A DNA stretch of 64,000 bases from an uncultured Chloroflexia bacterium (GTDB lineage: Bacteria; Chloroflexota; Limnocylindria; Limnocylindrales; CSP1-4). A model generated the notes under the pieces. It made no database searches and was not told the DNA's origin. It was given only the letters and a program-made list of their open reading frames with translations. Below are positions 28,461 to 38,240 of the stretch, one piece after another. The DNA is taken from the NCBI GenBank assembly GCA_963759135.1, contig CAVWXU010000027.1, forward strand, positions 58,296 to 122,295, read 5' to 3'. The position numbers and the translations under genes were made by a program. Each line of letters opens with the position of its first letter. The stretch's first letter is position 1.

Positions 28461-31400
28461 GTGCGGGCTGGCGCCCGAATTCCCGCCATCGCACTGCTCC
28501 TTCTCGCCGGGCTCGCCCTGCGGCTCATCATCGCATACGTCCTCTTCCCGGGTTCGGGGTTCACGACCGACATCTCGAGCTTCACGTCGTGGGCGATGAC
28601 GCTCGCCCGCTACGGTCCTCCGGGCTTCTACGCCAACGCCGGCTTCGCCGACTACACCCCCGGCTACCTGTACATCCTCTGGCTGGTGGGTCTGGCCGGA
28701 CGCGCCGTGGCCACCCTGACCGGCACGGACCAGGGCACAGTCACCGGCCAGCTGATCAAGCTGCCCGCGATGCTGCTGGACCTGGCCGTCGCGTACGTCC
28801 TGTACCGCACGGTACGCGCGTGGAACGGGCGCCTGGACGAGCCGCCGGCCGGCGGGCCGAACACGCGCCCGGCGGACGCCCGACGGGTGCGGCTCCTCGC
28901 GCTCGGCGTGGCGGCGCTCTACCTGTTCAACCCCGTGCCGTGGTACGACTCCGCGCTCTGGGGCCAGGTGGACGCCCTAGGGGCGCTGGTCGTGCTCGGC
29001 GCCGTGCTCGCGCTCGTCGGCGGCTGGTCGGAGTCGGCCGCCGCGCTCACCGCGCTCGCGGCCCTCGTCAAGCCCCAGTTCGGGCTCGTGCTTGCGCCGA
29101 TCGTCGGGGTGGTGCTGTTGCGGCGCCACCTGTTCGTCCCGGGTTCCGGGCCCCGGCCGCGGATCCGCCGCGAGCGGCTGGCCGGCTGGTTCGTCGAAGA
29201 GCAGGGACCGTGGCGCCTCGTCTCGTGCGTCGCCGCCGGCCTGGCGGTGCTGTTCGTCGTGATCGTGCCGTTCCGCCTCGACATCGTGGGGCTGCTGCGA
29301 CTCGTGCTGACCACCGCTGGCGAGTATCACTACCTGACGGTCAACGCCTACAACCCATGGGCGCTGATCGCCGACCCGGGCGGGGCGTCGCTCGCGCACG
29401 CCGGCACATGGTCGGACGACCTGGTCCCGCTGCTCGGACCGCTGCCGGGGTTCGCCGTCGGCGCGATCCTGCTCCTCGCCGGAATCGCGCTGGGCGTGCT
29501 GCAGGTCGCGTGGCGGGACGATCGCCGCTCGATCCTGCTCGCGGCGGCGTTTCTCTCGCTGGCGTTCTTCGTGCTGCCAACGCGCGTCCACGAGCGCTAC
29601 CTGTTCCCGATCTTCGTCTTCCTCCCGCTGCTCGCGATGACCTCTCGCCGCTGGCTGGTGGCCACGGTGGTGCTGGCCGCGGCGTCGTTCATGAACCTGC
29701 ATGGCGTCCTCACGCTGCCGCTCTACGCCACGCCGAACATCGCGAACCTGCTGGGCGGACCCGCGTTCCGCTCGGAAGCCGGGGTCGCGATCTCGGCGCT
29801 CGGGCACGTGGGGGTGTTCCTGCTCGCGCTGGCCGCGCTCGATCCCGTGCGCCTGCTGTTCGGCCGCTGGCGGTCGGCTCCGGGGGCGCAGCCGGCGTTG
29901 CCGGAGCCGCAGCTGGCGTTGCCGGAGCCGCAGCTGGCGTTGCCGGAGCCGGGCGCCGGCGGCCAGGGAGCCGCCGGCGGTGCGTTCGCCGGGGATGCAG
30001 CCGGGTCGCCTGGCGCGGCCGCCATCGCCCCGGCCGCGGAGTGGATGGACCGCCCGCCGACGCGCTGGGGCCCGGAGATGCTCCGCGGCCTCATGGGACG
30101 GGGATCGATCCGGGCCGATCGCAGCCGGCAGCTGCACGGCGAGGGCGGAGGGCGCATCGACCGGCTCGATCTGCTGGTCATGGCGCTGCTGGTCGTCGCG
30201 GCCATGACCGTCCGCATCGTCGGCCTCGGGCAGCCGTACGGCATGTACTTCGACGAGGTCTACCACGCCCGCACGGCCACCGAGTTCCTGCAGGACTGGC
30301 GGTACGGCATGCCGCACGCCATCTACGAGTTCACGCACCCGCACCTGGCCAAGTACCTGATGGCCGTGGGGCTCGTGGCGTTCGGCGACGACCGGGTCAC
30401 GGGGACGAGCAGCCTGGGCGTGCCCGTGCGGGCCACGGCGATCGAGCCGCGCTGGAGCGACGCGGGCGCCTCCTCCGGCCGCGACGGGGACCGGCTCTAC
30501 GTCGCGACCGGCAGCGACGTGGTCGCGTACGATCTCCAGGGACGCGGCGTCGTTGCCAGGATCGCGGTGCCAGGCGCGACCGCGGTCGCCGTCGACTCCG
30601 TCCAGCACGTGCTGTACGCGGCGGCAGGCGACGGCACCATCTGGTCGCTGCCCACGTCGCAGCTCGACGCGCTGCGCTCGACCAGCGGCGGCGTGGCCGA
30701 CATCCAGCCCAGGAAGCTCGCCGGCTCCGGCGCCGGTGCACCCGTGCAACGGCTGGTCGCCTCCGCGACCGGCGGAAGCCTGCTGGCGGTGACCACGACC
30801 GGCCAGCTCGTCAGTATCGGCGCCTCCATCACCCCGGGGTCCGTGCTCGGCCGGACCGCCGCCAGCCAGCAAGCCGGCACCGGCCCGGTCTTGGGAGTCG
30901 TCCCGCTCGATCCCGTGACCGGCGTCACCGTCGACCTCACGAAGTCCTACGACCCCGCGAAGCTCGGCGCGCTGACGACGGCGCTGGGCGTGACGAGCGG
31001 CCCCATCTTCGACCTGCCGGCGGCGGTCTCGAGGTGGCAGGAGGCGGTGGCTGCCGACACCGCCACGGTGCTGCGTGACGAGTCCGCCAGCGTCCCCACC
31101 GCCGCCGAGGACGCCGCGCTCGCCGCCGCCCGTCAGGCGCTGGCGGCGGACCAGCAGCAGCTCGCCACTGCCAGGGCCAACCTTCGACCGGTGGTCGTCG
31201 CGGCGTTCCTCGACGCCGCGCAGCAGGCGAACGTGCAGGGGGCGCTGCAGGCGCTCGGCGACGCGGCGAGCCTCGACACGTCGCCCGTCTTCGCGGTTTC
31301 AGCCGGCACCTCGGTCCGCTTCCTGGACGCGGTCACCCTCGACCCTGTCTTCTCGGTGAACCTGGGCGGGACCGCAGGGGGCATGACCTTCGTCGAGTCC

Positions 31401-33932
31401 GGCATCGACGAGCCCACGTTGTACGTCGCGTCGGATCGCATGCTCCGCACGATCCAGCTTCCGCCGGGCGCGCAGCCGATCCTCGGATCTCCCGTCCCCA
31501 TGCCCGGCACCGTCACCGACGCCACGTGGGACGCGGCGTCGAACATGGTCCACGTGCTGGGCAGGACCCCCGGCGGCTCATCCCCCACGATCTACGTCGT
31601 CGAGCCGCACGGCAACGCCGTGTACGCGAACGCGAACCTGCCGTTCACGCCCGTCGCCTGGGTGTTCGACCAGCAGCCCGGCAACCCGTCCGGCGACCGC
31701 CAGCAGATCCTGGTCTTCTCGGGGACCGGCTCGGTCGCCGCGGTCGACGCCGGGAGCCATGCCTTCGCGTGGCGCCTGCCCGGCGTCATCGCGGGATCGC
31801 TGCTCGTGGCGCTGCTCTACCTGCTGGCGCGGATCCTGTTCCGGCGACGCTCCGTGGGGCTGTTCGTCGCCGCGTTCGCGATGGTGGACGGCATGCTCTT
31901 CGCGAACTCGCGGATCGGCATGAACGACATCTACGCCGCGCTCTTCATCGTGGCCGCGTACGCCGTGTATGCCGCGCTCGCCCTCGGCCGCTGGCGTGGC
32001 CGGTCCGCGCTGCTGGCAGGCCTTCCGCTCCTCGGGATCCTGCTCGGACTGGCGTGTGCCTCGAAGTGGGTCGGCTTCTACGCGGTCGGAGGCATCGGGC
32101 TGCTGACCCTGCTGCGCACCGGCCTCGGGCGCGTCCTGGCGCTGGGCGCCATGGCGGTCCTGACCGGGATCCTTGGCTACTACTCGATCACCGCCGCGCC
32201 GGACACCACCAGTCCGCAGCTCAACGTCACGTTCCTGCTCATGATGATCGCGCTGACCCTGCTGCTCGCCGCGGCAATCGCCGTGCGCTCCATCCACTGG
32301 ACCGTCGAGGAGTTGCGGTTCGCGGTCCTCGCGCCACTCGCGCTCGGGGTCCTGGCCGCTGCCGCCGGCGTCGGCCTCGGATCGCGGCTGCACGGCGGCC
32401 CACTGTCGCAGAACATGCTGCTGGCCGGGGGCTTCGCGCTGGTCGTCGTGGCGTTCGTGGCGTACGCGGCGCCGCTCGTCCTTGCCCGATTCGGCGCGGG
32501 CCCACTCGCCCCGCCACCCCGGCCGGACGAGGCTCGCATGTACGCGGATGCGCCGGCCGACCCACCCGCCGAGAGCTGGCTGGTGCCGGGGGCCTCTCTC
32601 GGCCTGCCGTGGCTGTGGGCGCTGGCCTGCATGACCGTCGTGCCGCTCGTCGTCTACGTCGTCGTGTACATCCCCTGGGTCGCCCTGGGCAACCAGTTCT
32701 GGACCGGGTTTCCGGCAGGCAACCACGGGCAGACCCTGTGGGATCTGACCGTCTCGATGTTCAACTACCACAACGACCTCCGCGTGGCCCATCCCGCCTC
32801 GTCTCCGTGGTGGGCGTGGCCCTTCGACCTCAAGCCCGTGTGGTGGTACCAGGGCTCCCTGGCGAACGACACGGGCGCCTCGATCTACGACGCGGGGAAC
32901 CTTGTGCTCTTCTGGCTGTCGGTCACGGCCGTCCCATGGACGGCCTGGCAGGCGTGGCGGCGGCGAAGCCTCGCCCTCGGGATCGTGGTCATGGCGTTCG
33001 CCAGCCAGTGGCTGCCCTGGGTGTGGGTGGACCGCGCGACGTTCCAGTACCACGTCCTGACCGCGCTGCCCTTCACGTTCCTCGCGCTTGCGTATTTCGT
33101 GGCGGAGCTGTGGCACGGCCCGGCGCGGCGGACGTGGGCGCTGGCGCGCGCGACCGCCGCCGTGGCGATCCTGGGACCGGCGATCCTGTGGCTCGCCAAG
33201 GGTCCCCTCTGCGTCTTTGCCGGGACGGCCGCGGTGGACCCGGCGTCGCAGGTGTGTGGCGCGGTTGCCAACCCGGTGATCGTGACGCAGCGGGTGGCCG
33301 CCGCGGCCATCGTCATCGTCATCGGGGCGCTCGGCGTCGGCTGGCTCTGGTGGACTGCGCGCGGCGCGTCCGCCGCCGACGGCGGCGGAGCGGCCCGGCT
33401 ACGCGCGTTGGCCCCGGCGGTGGCTGCCGGGGTGATCGTGCTGGTGGCGCTTGCGGTCGTCCAGACGATCGTGCCGGACGTCCAGTTCGTCTCCGTCCCG
33501 CTCGGGAGCGGCGGGCCGTTCGTCGTCGCCGCGATCGTCGGCGTGCTGCTGTGCGGCCCCGCCTGGCTGGTGCTGCGCGCCCGCGACCCGCGGCGGTTCG
33601 CGCTGGGGATCGTGGGCGCGGCGGCCCTCTGGTTCGTCGTCTGGTATCCGAACATCGCCGCCCTGCCACTGCCCGGGTCCTTCGTGAACATGTACCAGGG
33701 ACTGCTGCCGACCTGGATCTACGACTTCCAGTTCACGGTCAACATGACCCCGGCTGCGCACCCGAAACTGATCACGGCCGAATTGATCTCGCTGATCGTG
33801 GCGGTCGTCATCGGCTCGCTGGCCGTGATGTACGCGGCCCGCGCCTGGAGCCTCGAGTGGGCGGTTCGGCGCGCGGAGCGTGACAGGGGCGCCGCAGAGT
33901 CTGCGGGCGAAACGGGACCGGCGACGACGTAG
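28461..33932 (+). CDS. Giant (1823 aa) multidomain membrane glycosyltransferase. Order: N-terminal GT-C domain; Pro-rich repeat linker; PMT-type (GT39-like) domain carrying the DE motif; an inserted about 550-aa beta-propeller-like extracytoplasmic domain; further PMT-like TM segments and a C-terminal TM region.
   Basis: N-terminal domain YGPPGFYANAGFADYTPGYLYILWLVGL with acidic loop TTDISSF. PMT signature MYFDEVYHARTATEFLQDWRYGMPHAIYEFTHPHLAKYLMAVGLVAF, followed later by LFANSRIGMNDIYAALFIVAAY...ASKWVGFYAVGGIGLL. WWAWPFDLKPVWWYQG lies near the C-terminus. Start assigned to GTG 28461 after GGGAGGG. Confidence 0.7.
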   Translation: MRAGARIPAIALLLLAGLALRLIIAYVLFPGSGFTTDISSFTSWAMTLARYGPPGFYANAGFADYTPGYLYILWLVGLAGRAVATLTGTDQGTVTGQLIKLPAMLLDLAVAYVLYRTVRAWNGRLDEPPAGGPNTRPADARRVRLLALGVAALYLFNPVPWYDSALWGQVDALGALVVLGAVLALVGGWSESAAALTALAALVKPQFGLVLAPIVGVVLLRRHLFVPGSGPRPRIRRERLAGWFVEEQGPWRLVSCVAAGLAVLFVVIVPFRLDIVGLLRLVLTTAGEYHYLTVNAYNPWALIADPGGASLAHAGTWSDDLVPLLGPLPGFAVGAILLLAGIALGVLQVAWRDDRRSILLAAAFLSLAFFVLPTRVHERYLFPIFVFLPLLAMTSRRWLVATVVLAAASFMNLHGVLTLPLYATPNIANLLGGPAFRSEAGVAISALGHVGVFLLALAALDPVRLLFGRWRSAPGAQPALPEPQLALPEPQLALPEPGAGGQGAAGGAFAGDAAGSPGAAAIAPAAEWMDRPPTRWGPEMLRGLMGRGSIRADRSRQLHGEGGGRIDRLDLLVMALLVVAAMTVRIVGLGQPYGMYFDEVYHARTATEFLQDWRYGMPHAIYEFTHPHLAKYLMAVGLVAFGDDRVTGTSSLGVPVRATAIEPRWSDAGASSGRDGDRLYVATGSDVVAYDLQGRGVVARIAVPGATAVAVDSVQHVLYAAAGDGTIWSLPTSQLDALRSTSGGVADIQPRKLAGSGAGAPVQRLVASATGGSLLAVTTTGQLVSIGASITPGSVLGRTAASQQAGTGPVLGVVPLDPVTGVTVDLTKSYDPAKLGALTTALGVTSGPIFDLPAAVSRWQEAVAADTATVLRDESASVPTAAEDAALAAARQALAADQQQLATARANLRPVVVAAFLDAAQQANVQGALQALGDAASLDTSPVFAVSAGTSVRFLDAVTLDPVFSVNLGGTAGGMTFVESGIDEPTLYVASDRMLRTIQLPPGAQPILGSPVPMPGTVTDATWDAASNMVHVLGRTPGGSSPTIYVVEPHGNAVYANANLPFTPVAWVFDQQPGNPSGDRQQILVFSGTGSVAAVDAGSHAFAWRLPGVIAGSLLVALLYLLARILFRRRSVGLFVAAFAMVDGMLFANSRIGMNDIYAALFIVAAYAVYAALALGRWRGRSALLAGLPLLGILLGLACASKWVGFYAVGGIGLLTLLRTGLGRVLALGAMAVLTGILGYYSITAAPDTTSPQLNVTFLLMMIALTLLLAAAIAVRSIHWTVEELRFAVLAPLALGVLAAAAGVGLGSRLHGGPLSQNMLLAGGFALVVVAFVAYAAPLVLARFGAGPLAPPPRPDEARMYADAPADPPAESWLVPGASLGLPWLWALACMTVVPLVVYVVVYIPWVALGNQFWTGFPAGNHGQTLWDLTVSMFNYHNDLRVAHPASSPWWAWPFDLKPVWWYQGSLANDTGASIYDAGNLVLFWLSVTAVPWTAWQAWRRRSLALGIVVMAFASQWLPWVWVDRATFQYHVLTALPFTFLALAYFVAELWHGPARRTWALARATAAVAILGPAILWLAKGPLCVFAGTAAVDPASQVCGAVANPVIVTQRVAAAAIVIVIGALGVGWLWWTARGASAADGGGAARLRALAPAVAAGVIVLVALAVVQTIVPDVQFVSVPLGSGGPFVVAAIVGVLLCGPAWLVLRARDPRRFALGIVGAAALWFVVWYPNIAALPLPGSFVNMYQGLLPTWIYDFQFTVNMTPAAHPKLITAELISLIVAVVIGSLAVMYAARAWSLEWAVRRAERDRGAAESAGETGPATT
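29889..29951. repeat. 21-bp tandem repeat (about 3 copies: cagctggcgttgccggagccg) encoding PALPEPQLALPEPQLALPEPG in the linker of the giant GT
   Basis: Read directly. Confidence 0.7.
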
Positions 33933-33983
33933 GTGGACGGGGCCTGTGGGCGAAACGGGGCCGGCGCCTACGTAGGCGGACGG
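33905..33983. repeat. Two-copy tandem duplication (36-bp unit, 43-bp period) spanning the stop codon of the giant GT gene
   Basis: gggcgaaacggg(a/g)ccggcg(acg/cct)acgtagg(t/c)ggacgg at 33905-33940 and 33948-33983. Gene stop TAG at 33930-33932 lies in copy 1. Confidence 0.7.
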
Positions 33984-34028
33984 TGGTCGGGCCGCGATCC
34001 GATCCCGTCTCGTCGGGGCCGGCGTTGC

Positions 34029-35228
34029 CTACTCGGCGACTCCCGCCGGGAGGGGCGGAACGGCCGCGGAGCGAAGCGGGATCGGCGCGTGGAACGCGGG
34101 GGGCAACTGGCCCTGTGCGGCAAGCCGACGGACCACGAACCCGTAGTAGTCGTCCACCCGTGCCGCCACCCGGTCCCAGCCGAACTGGTGCGACCGTTCG
34201 CGACCGGACCGGCCCATCCGGGCGCGCTCTTCCGGGTCGTCGAGGAGGCGGCGGATCGCCGCGGCAAGGGCCTCCGGGTCGCGCGGCGGGACCAGCAACC
34301 CCTGTTCGCCGCGGCGCACGACGCCCTTGTAGCCGTGGATGTCGCTGCACACGATGGGCGTTCCCGCCGCCATCGCCTCCAGCAGCACGATGCCGAACGA
34401 CTCGCGCCCGGTCGCCGGCGACACGTAGACGTCCGCAGTCGCGAACCAGCGGGCCTTCTCCTCCTCGGTGACGCGCCCCAGCATCTCGACGCCGCCGAGC
34501 CGCCGCGTCATCAGGTAGCGGCGCGCCTCACGTTCCTGCGGCCCGTGTCCGACCACGAGCAGGCGGCAGTCGCGACCTTCACGGCGGAGCAGCCTGTAGG
34601 CCTTCAGCAGGAGCAGGAGACCCTTCCGTTCCTCGAACCGGCCGACGAACAGGAGGTTCGGGGTCCCGTCGCGCCACCGTTCGATCGGATGCGCGGTCGC
34701 GAACCGGTCGACCTCGACGCCGTTGGGAATGACCTTGTACTCGCCCGGGAAGTACTTGTCGATGAAGTAGCGGGCGGCCACGCTCACCGCGATCCGCCCG
34801 TGCAACCGTCGCGCGTACCCGGACAGCATGCGCCGCCCGAACTCGTACGCGGGACTCCAGCCGTTGTAGGCATGGAACGTCGCCACGTTGACGCTTGTCG
34901 ACTCCCGCAGCAGCACGAGCGACAGGAACGGCACGAAGGGTTCGTGGAAGTGCAGCAGGTCGAACTGCTCGCGCTCGAGCACGTCCCGGACCTGCGAGAG
35001 GAAGCGCGGCGACACCGTCAGCGTCCCGACAGACCCGTTCGAGGGCACGCTGAAGCCGCGCCCGATGCGGATGATGTCACCCTCGCTCGAACGCTGGAGG
35101 CCGTGCGTGCTGCTGATGATCCGCACGTCGTGGCCCCGCTCCCGGAGGTGCTGGTGCAGGAAGCCGACGTGCGCGTTGACGCCGCCCGGCAGCGGGTAGA
35201 TGTACGGGGTCACCAGCCCGATCTTCAC
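34029..35228 (-). CDS. GT4-family glycosyltransferase (PimA/PimB-like mannosyltransferase candidate)
   Basis: GT-B fold with an EX7E-type C-terminal motif (ESFGIVLLEAMAAGTPIVCSDIHGYKGVV). N-terminal MKIGLVTPYIYPLPGGVNAHV. Confidence 0.8.
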   Translation of the reverse strand: MKIGLVTPYIYPLPGGVNAHVGFLHQHLRERGHDVRIISSTHGLQRSSEGDIIRIGRGFSVPSNGSVGTLTVSPRFLSQVRDVLEREQFDLLHFHEPFVPFLSLVLLRESTSVNVATFHAYNGWSPAYEFGRRMLSGYARRLHGRIAVSVAARYFIDKYFPGEYKVIPNGVEVDRFATAHPIERWRDGTPNLLFVGRFEERKGLLLLLKAYRLLRREGRDCRLLVVGHGPQEREARRYLMTRRLGGVEMLGRVTEEEKARWFATADVYVSPATGRESFGIVLLEAMAAGTPIVCSDIHGYKGVVRRGEQGLLVPPRDPEALAAAIRRLLDDPEERARMGRSGRERSHQFGWDRVAARVDDYYGFVVRRLAAQGQLPPAFHAPIPLRSAAVPPLPAGVAE

Positions 35229-36154
35229 GGCGCCGCCTTGCCCTCGGCCTGCGCCGGTTCGACGTCCACGGACGGCGACCCTCGGTCGGCGCCCTCTCCT
35301 GTGAACCGCGGCGGACGCAGCCGGCCGCCGGGGTACCCTAGGTCTCGTCCGGTCCGCGTGCGCAACAGTGCCCCGCGCAGGTCGTCGCGGATGTCGCGCC
35401 CGTACTTGCGCAGCTGCCGGCGGTACATCTGCACCTCGAAGCCGATCGTCCAGAACTCACCGTGCCAGCCGGTCCGGTGCTCGAGGATCGCGCAGCGCAG
35501 GTCCTCTGCCGTACGCCCGGGGAACGTGGTGTAGCCGGTGGCGATCGCCTCGAGCAGGTGGCCGTCGCTCCCGCCCACGGCCGCCATGCCGAGCTCGTCG
35601 GCCAGCGCCACGACCTTCGCGTGATGGCTTCGCCCCGCGGATGTCGGGTTGAACGCCTCGAGCGCGTCGAGATGGAAGCGCGGATCGGGGTCCGACTGGA
35701 GCCGGCGAATGGCGCGCCCGCTGGCGCAGATCGGGTACGGCGCGAGCGGGTGGGCGGCGATCGCCAGCCCGCCCTGCTCGTGGACTTCGGCGATTGTCGT
35801 CCGGAGCGACTGGAGCGGCCGGATCCGCTCCTCCAGGAACAGCGCAAGGAGGTGACCCCCACGCGTCGTGATCTCTTCGGCGACGATGACCTCCACGCGC
35901 GACCCGCGCTCGCGCGCCAGGGAGCGCGCGGCCAGGCCCGCGTCGATCCGCTCGTGGTCGCTGATGCCGACGACGTCGAGGTCCGTATGTCGTTCGACGT
36001 GGTCCAGGATCTCCTCCACGCTGTTCACGCCGTCGGACGCGAGGGTGTGGACGTGCGGATCGGCGCGACCAAGTCGCTCGGCCGGCTCGTCTGACGGGCC
36101 ACGCTGGTCCATGCTCACGCTTCTTCCCAGATCGGCTGGAAGATCGACCACCAC
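35225..36154 (-). CDS. PHP-domain phosphoesterase
   Basis: PHP motifs HVHTLASDG, VGISDHE, GGSDGHL. Confidence 0.7.
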   Translation of the reverse strand: MVVDLPADLGRSVSMDQRGPSDEPAERLGRADPHVHTLASDGVNSVEEILDHVERHTDLDVVGISDHERIDAGLAARSLARERGSRVEVIVAEEITTRGGHLLALFLEERIRPLQSLRTTIAEVHEQGGLAIAAHPLAPYPICASGRAIRRLQSDPDPRFHLDALEAFNPTSAGRSHHAKVVALADELGMAAVGGSDGHLLEAIATGYTTFPGRTAEDLRCAILEHRTGWHGEFWTIGFEVQMYRRQLRKYGRDIRDDLRGALLRTRTGRDLGYPGGRLRPPRFTGEGADRGSPSVDVEPAQAEGKAAP

Positions 36155-37065
36155 TGCTCGGGCGCCTCCGCCACGAGGCGCTCGAACGCGCGGGCGACGC
36201 CGTCGACGAAGAGCCGCGCGCGTTCCCGTCGCGTGTCGCCCCCGGGCGATTCGATGGGGATCACGAACGCCCGGTACTCGCCCCAGCCCGAGCGGACGGT
36301 TGCAGCGGCAAACGCCCGTACGCCCGTGTCGGCAGCCAGGATGCCGGGGCCGGCCGGCAGCCGCGTCATCGCCCCGAACAGCGCGACCGGGACGCCCCGG
36401 CCGGAGACATCCCGGTCGGCGATGAGCCCGACGATGTCGCCACGCGCGAGCGCCTGCTCGAGCACCCGTCGGGCGTGGGCGATGGGCACGATCCGTACGC
36501 CCGTCCTGCCTCGCGTTCGCTCCAGGTACGCCTGGAGCGCCGGGTTGCGCAGGGTCTCCATGGGCGCGACGGCCCGGCGCCCGCGCACCACCGTGATGTA
36601 CTGGGCCGGCAGCTCGAGCGCGCCGAGGTGGAGGCCGATCACCAGGGCCGGGCCGGGGCGGCCCAGCTCCCTGTCCACCACCTCAGGGTCGGCGAGCGAC
36701 AGGTGGCGGGCGAGGAACCCGGCGTCGACGCGCACGTTCGTCGCGACTTCGAGGTAGTACCTGACACGGTGGCCGAAGGCCGCCCGGAGCAGGCTCTCCA
36801 GCCGAGCCGGGTCGCGGGCGGCGCGACGGATGCGCGGGGAGGCCATCCCGTTCTCGTCCAGCCAGGCGCATACGCGGCGGAGGTTCGCGCGGGCCAGCGC
36901 CCGCTGGCCCGGCGCAGCCAGGTACCAGCCCAGGCCGGCGGCCTGGGCGATCCGGTGGAGTGGACCGGCCGGCAGGCGGGATGCGGCGCCCGACAGCGCG
37001 ATGAGCGCCTGTGCCCCCAGTCGCTGACGACGCGTCATCGGGGGCCCGTGGCGGGGTTCAGCCAT
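36115..37065 (-). CDS. Lysophospholipid/lipid A-type acyltransferase (HtrB/LpxL family; PIM acyltransferase-like)
   Basis: LPLAT-family architecture (VIGLHLGALELPAQY...ADRDVSGRGVPVALFGAMTRLPAGPGILAADTG). Alternative start at 37038. Confidence 0.7.
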   Translation of the reverse strand: MAEPRHGPPMTRRQRLGAQALIALSGAASRLPAGPLHRIAQAAGLGWYLAAPGQRALARANLRRVCAWLDENGMASPRIRRAARDPARLESLLRAAFGHRVRYYLEVATNVRVDAGFLARHLSLADPEVVDRELGRPGPALVIGLHLGALELPAQYITVVRGRRAVAPMETLRNPALQAYLERTRGRTGVRIVPIAHARRVLEQALARGDIVGLIADRDVSGRGVPVALFGAMTRLPAGPGILAADTGVRAFAAATVRSGWGEYRAFVIPIESPGGDTRRERARLFVDGVARAFERLVAEAPEQWWSIFQPIWEEA

Positions 37066-37126
37066 GAGCCACCGGCTCGGCAGTGCCGCCGGCCTCGGCT
37101 GCCGCGGCTCCGTCGCCGCCACCGCC

Positions 37127-38227
37127 TCAGGGGCCTGCGCTCCGCCGGCGGCGACGACGCGTCCCGTCCGCGGCCTCGTCCGCGAGCGCGGCAGCCGCCC
37201 TGGCGGCCAGCTCGTCCCCCTCGCGATCTGTCTCCGGCCAGATCGGCTTGAAGGAGTACCACTGCTCCGGCGCCACCTCGATCGCACGCTGCAGCGCGTC
37301 GGCGACGGCCTGCGTTGCCCGCTGGATGGCGGCCGGAGAGCCGGACGTCACCTCGATCGGGTCGCCGTGCTCGGCGTGGTAGCGTCCGTCGCGTGCCCGG
37401 CGGTTCACCACCGGCACGATCGCCGCGCCGGTCCTGGCGGCGAGGGCCGCCGGCCCCGCGGGGAGCGTCGTCCAGTCGCCGAAGAACCGCACCGGGATGC
37501 CGTCGGCCCGGTATCCCCAGTCCACCAGGAGTGCGAGGATTCCGGCGTCGCGGAGCACGCGGTGGATCTCGCGAAGGTTGCGCCAGGCGATCACCTGCAC
37601 GCCCCACCGCCGGCGCTGCTCGGCCAGCAACTCGTAGAGCTCCGGATACGCGGTGTCATCGGCGACGCCATAGGCGGGGAAGCCGTGGGAAGCCATCGCG
37701 GCCGCGAGGGTCTCCATGCTGCCGACGTGGAGCGTCACGATGATCATCGCGCGGCCCTCGGCGCGCAGCCTCTCGTGGAGACGCTGGAACGACTCGAGGC
37801 CGTGCTCCCCGCCCACGTCGACGAGGCGCGCCGGCACGTCGGCCGGCAGGGCGGGGAGCCGCATCAGCCCGACGACGTAGCCGGCGTACGCGCGGTACAC
37901 GTCCCGCGCGAGTCGCCCGACGCGAGGGTGTCCCGCGGGCAGCCCGAGGACATGCCTCGCGTTGGCAGTGATGGCCCGGCGCTTGGCCGGCCAGAGCGCG
38001 TAGCCGGCCAGGAAGCCGAGCTGCGCGACCGCGACCACCGGGCCCTCCGGGAGGTGTCCCAGCAGCCAGGACGTCGCCCGGTAGGCGCGGACGGTCGCCT
38101 TCTCCTGGAGCCGATACAGGAGCTGTGCGCCGCGTCCCCTCCCGCTCGCCCGGCGGTGGGGCGCATACGCGACGCCGTGGCCGCCGTCCGCGTGCGGCGC
38201 CCCACCGCCCCCATCGCCGGCCGTCAT
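37127..38227 (-). CDS. Second HtrB/LpxL-family acyltransferase (tandem paralog)
   Basis: IVTLHVGSMETLAAAMASHGFPAYGVADD...DWGYRADGIPVRFFGDWTTLPAGPAALAARTG. Confidence 0.7.
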   Translation of the reverse strand: MTAGDGGGGAPHADGGHGVAYAPHRRASGRGRGAQLLYRLQEKATVRAYRATSWLLGHLPEGPVVAVAQLGFLAGYALWPAKRRAITANARHVLGLPAGHPRVGRLARDVYRAYAGYVVGLMRLPALPADVPARLVDVGGEHGLESFQRLHERLRAEGRAMIIVTLHVGSMETLAAAMASHGFPAYGVADDTAYPELYELLAEQRRRWGVQVIAWRNLREIHRVLRDAGILALLVDWGYRADGIPVRFFGDWTTLPAGPAALAARTGAAIVPVVNRRARDGRYHAEHGDPIEVTSGSPAAIQRATQAVADALQRAIEVAPEQWYSFKPIWPETDREGDELAARAAAALADEAADGTRRRRRRSAGP

Positions 38228-38240
38228 CAGCCCAGCCCCG

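Noticed and set aside
25429-28494. Single 1021-aa ORF on the minus strand
   Set aside because: Only the C-terminal 510 aa (from ATG 26961) look like a real protein (DUF2723-like GT-C). The N-terminal half is Arg/Pro/Gly-rich read-through typical of stop-poor high-GC DNA. It overlaps, in another frame, a separate well-formed GT-C gene (26955-28373). The ATGgTGA junction supports two genes.
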